Source of the DNA: Octopus sinensis
Taxonomy: Eukaryota
Direction: 5' to 3'
DNA: 64,000 bases
NCBI RefSeq assembly: GCF_006345805.1
Contig: NC_043000.1
Span: 93,062,001 to 93,126,000, forward strand
The notes below the pieces were generated by a model. It was not told the origin of the DNA. It saw nothing but the letters and a program-made list of their open reading frames with translations, and made no database searches. Each line of letters opens with the position of its first letter. Position 1 is the first letter of the stretch. Shown in pieces: positions 63,755-64,000 of this stretch. A program made the position numbers and the translations under genes.

Positions 63755-64000
63755 TATTATTATTAATATACCTATTTCTTTACTACCCACAAGGGGCTAA
63801 ACACAGAAGGGACGAACAAGGACAGACAAATGGATTAAGTCGATTACATAGACTCCAGTGCGTAACTGGTACTTATTTAATCAACCCTGAAAGGATGAAA
63901 GGCAAAGTCGACCTCGGCGGAATTTGAACTCAGAACGTAGCGGCAGACGAAATACTGCTAAGCATTTCGCCCGGCATGCTAATGTTTCTGCCAGCTTGCC
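63755..64000 (-). mobile_element. Well-preserved SINE family A, running to the window edge
   Basis: ggcaagctggcagaaacattagcatgccgggcgaaatgc..ctgagttcaaattccgccgaggtcgac. Confidence 0.9.

Noticed and set aside
1-64000. CRISPR arrays, rRNA, prokaryotic-type systems
   Set aside because: No repeat-spacer arrays, rRNA-like sequence or gene-dense region; the DNA is eukaryotic and repeat-dominated.

Overview
This is AT-rich, repeat-saturated animal genomic DNA with no confidently identifiable host gene. The SINE families, the RTE LINE with (GAT)n tails and the microsatellite load resemble an octopus/coleoid cephalopod genome (inference from recognition, no search run). Almost all long ORFs in the supplied track are translated microsatellites. 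The real coding signal is transposon-derived: three R4/Dong-like RLE LINE remnants, a HERO-like RLE LINE remnant, a young Tx1/L1-clade LINE 3' end, several RTE copies, CR1-group scraps, a full-length decayed mariner, further Tc1/mariner and hAT remnants, many MITEs/foldbacks, Helentron/Helitron-like non-autonomous elements, and Penelope-like repeats with minimal hammerhead motifs. The most striking pattern is that each retroelement family sits in its own microsatellite: Tx1 in (TATC)n, Dong-like in (TAA)n, RTE and one SINE in (TA)n, another SINE in (ATT)n. Several truncation junctions carry fold-back or triplicated sequence. A few weak candidate host exons are flagged. Repeat boundaries are read by eye and approximate unless TIRs/TSDs are quoted.
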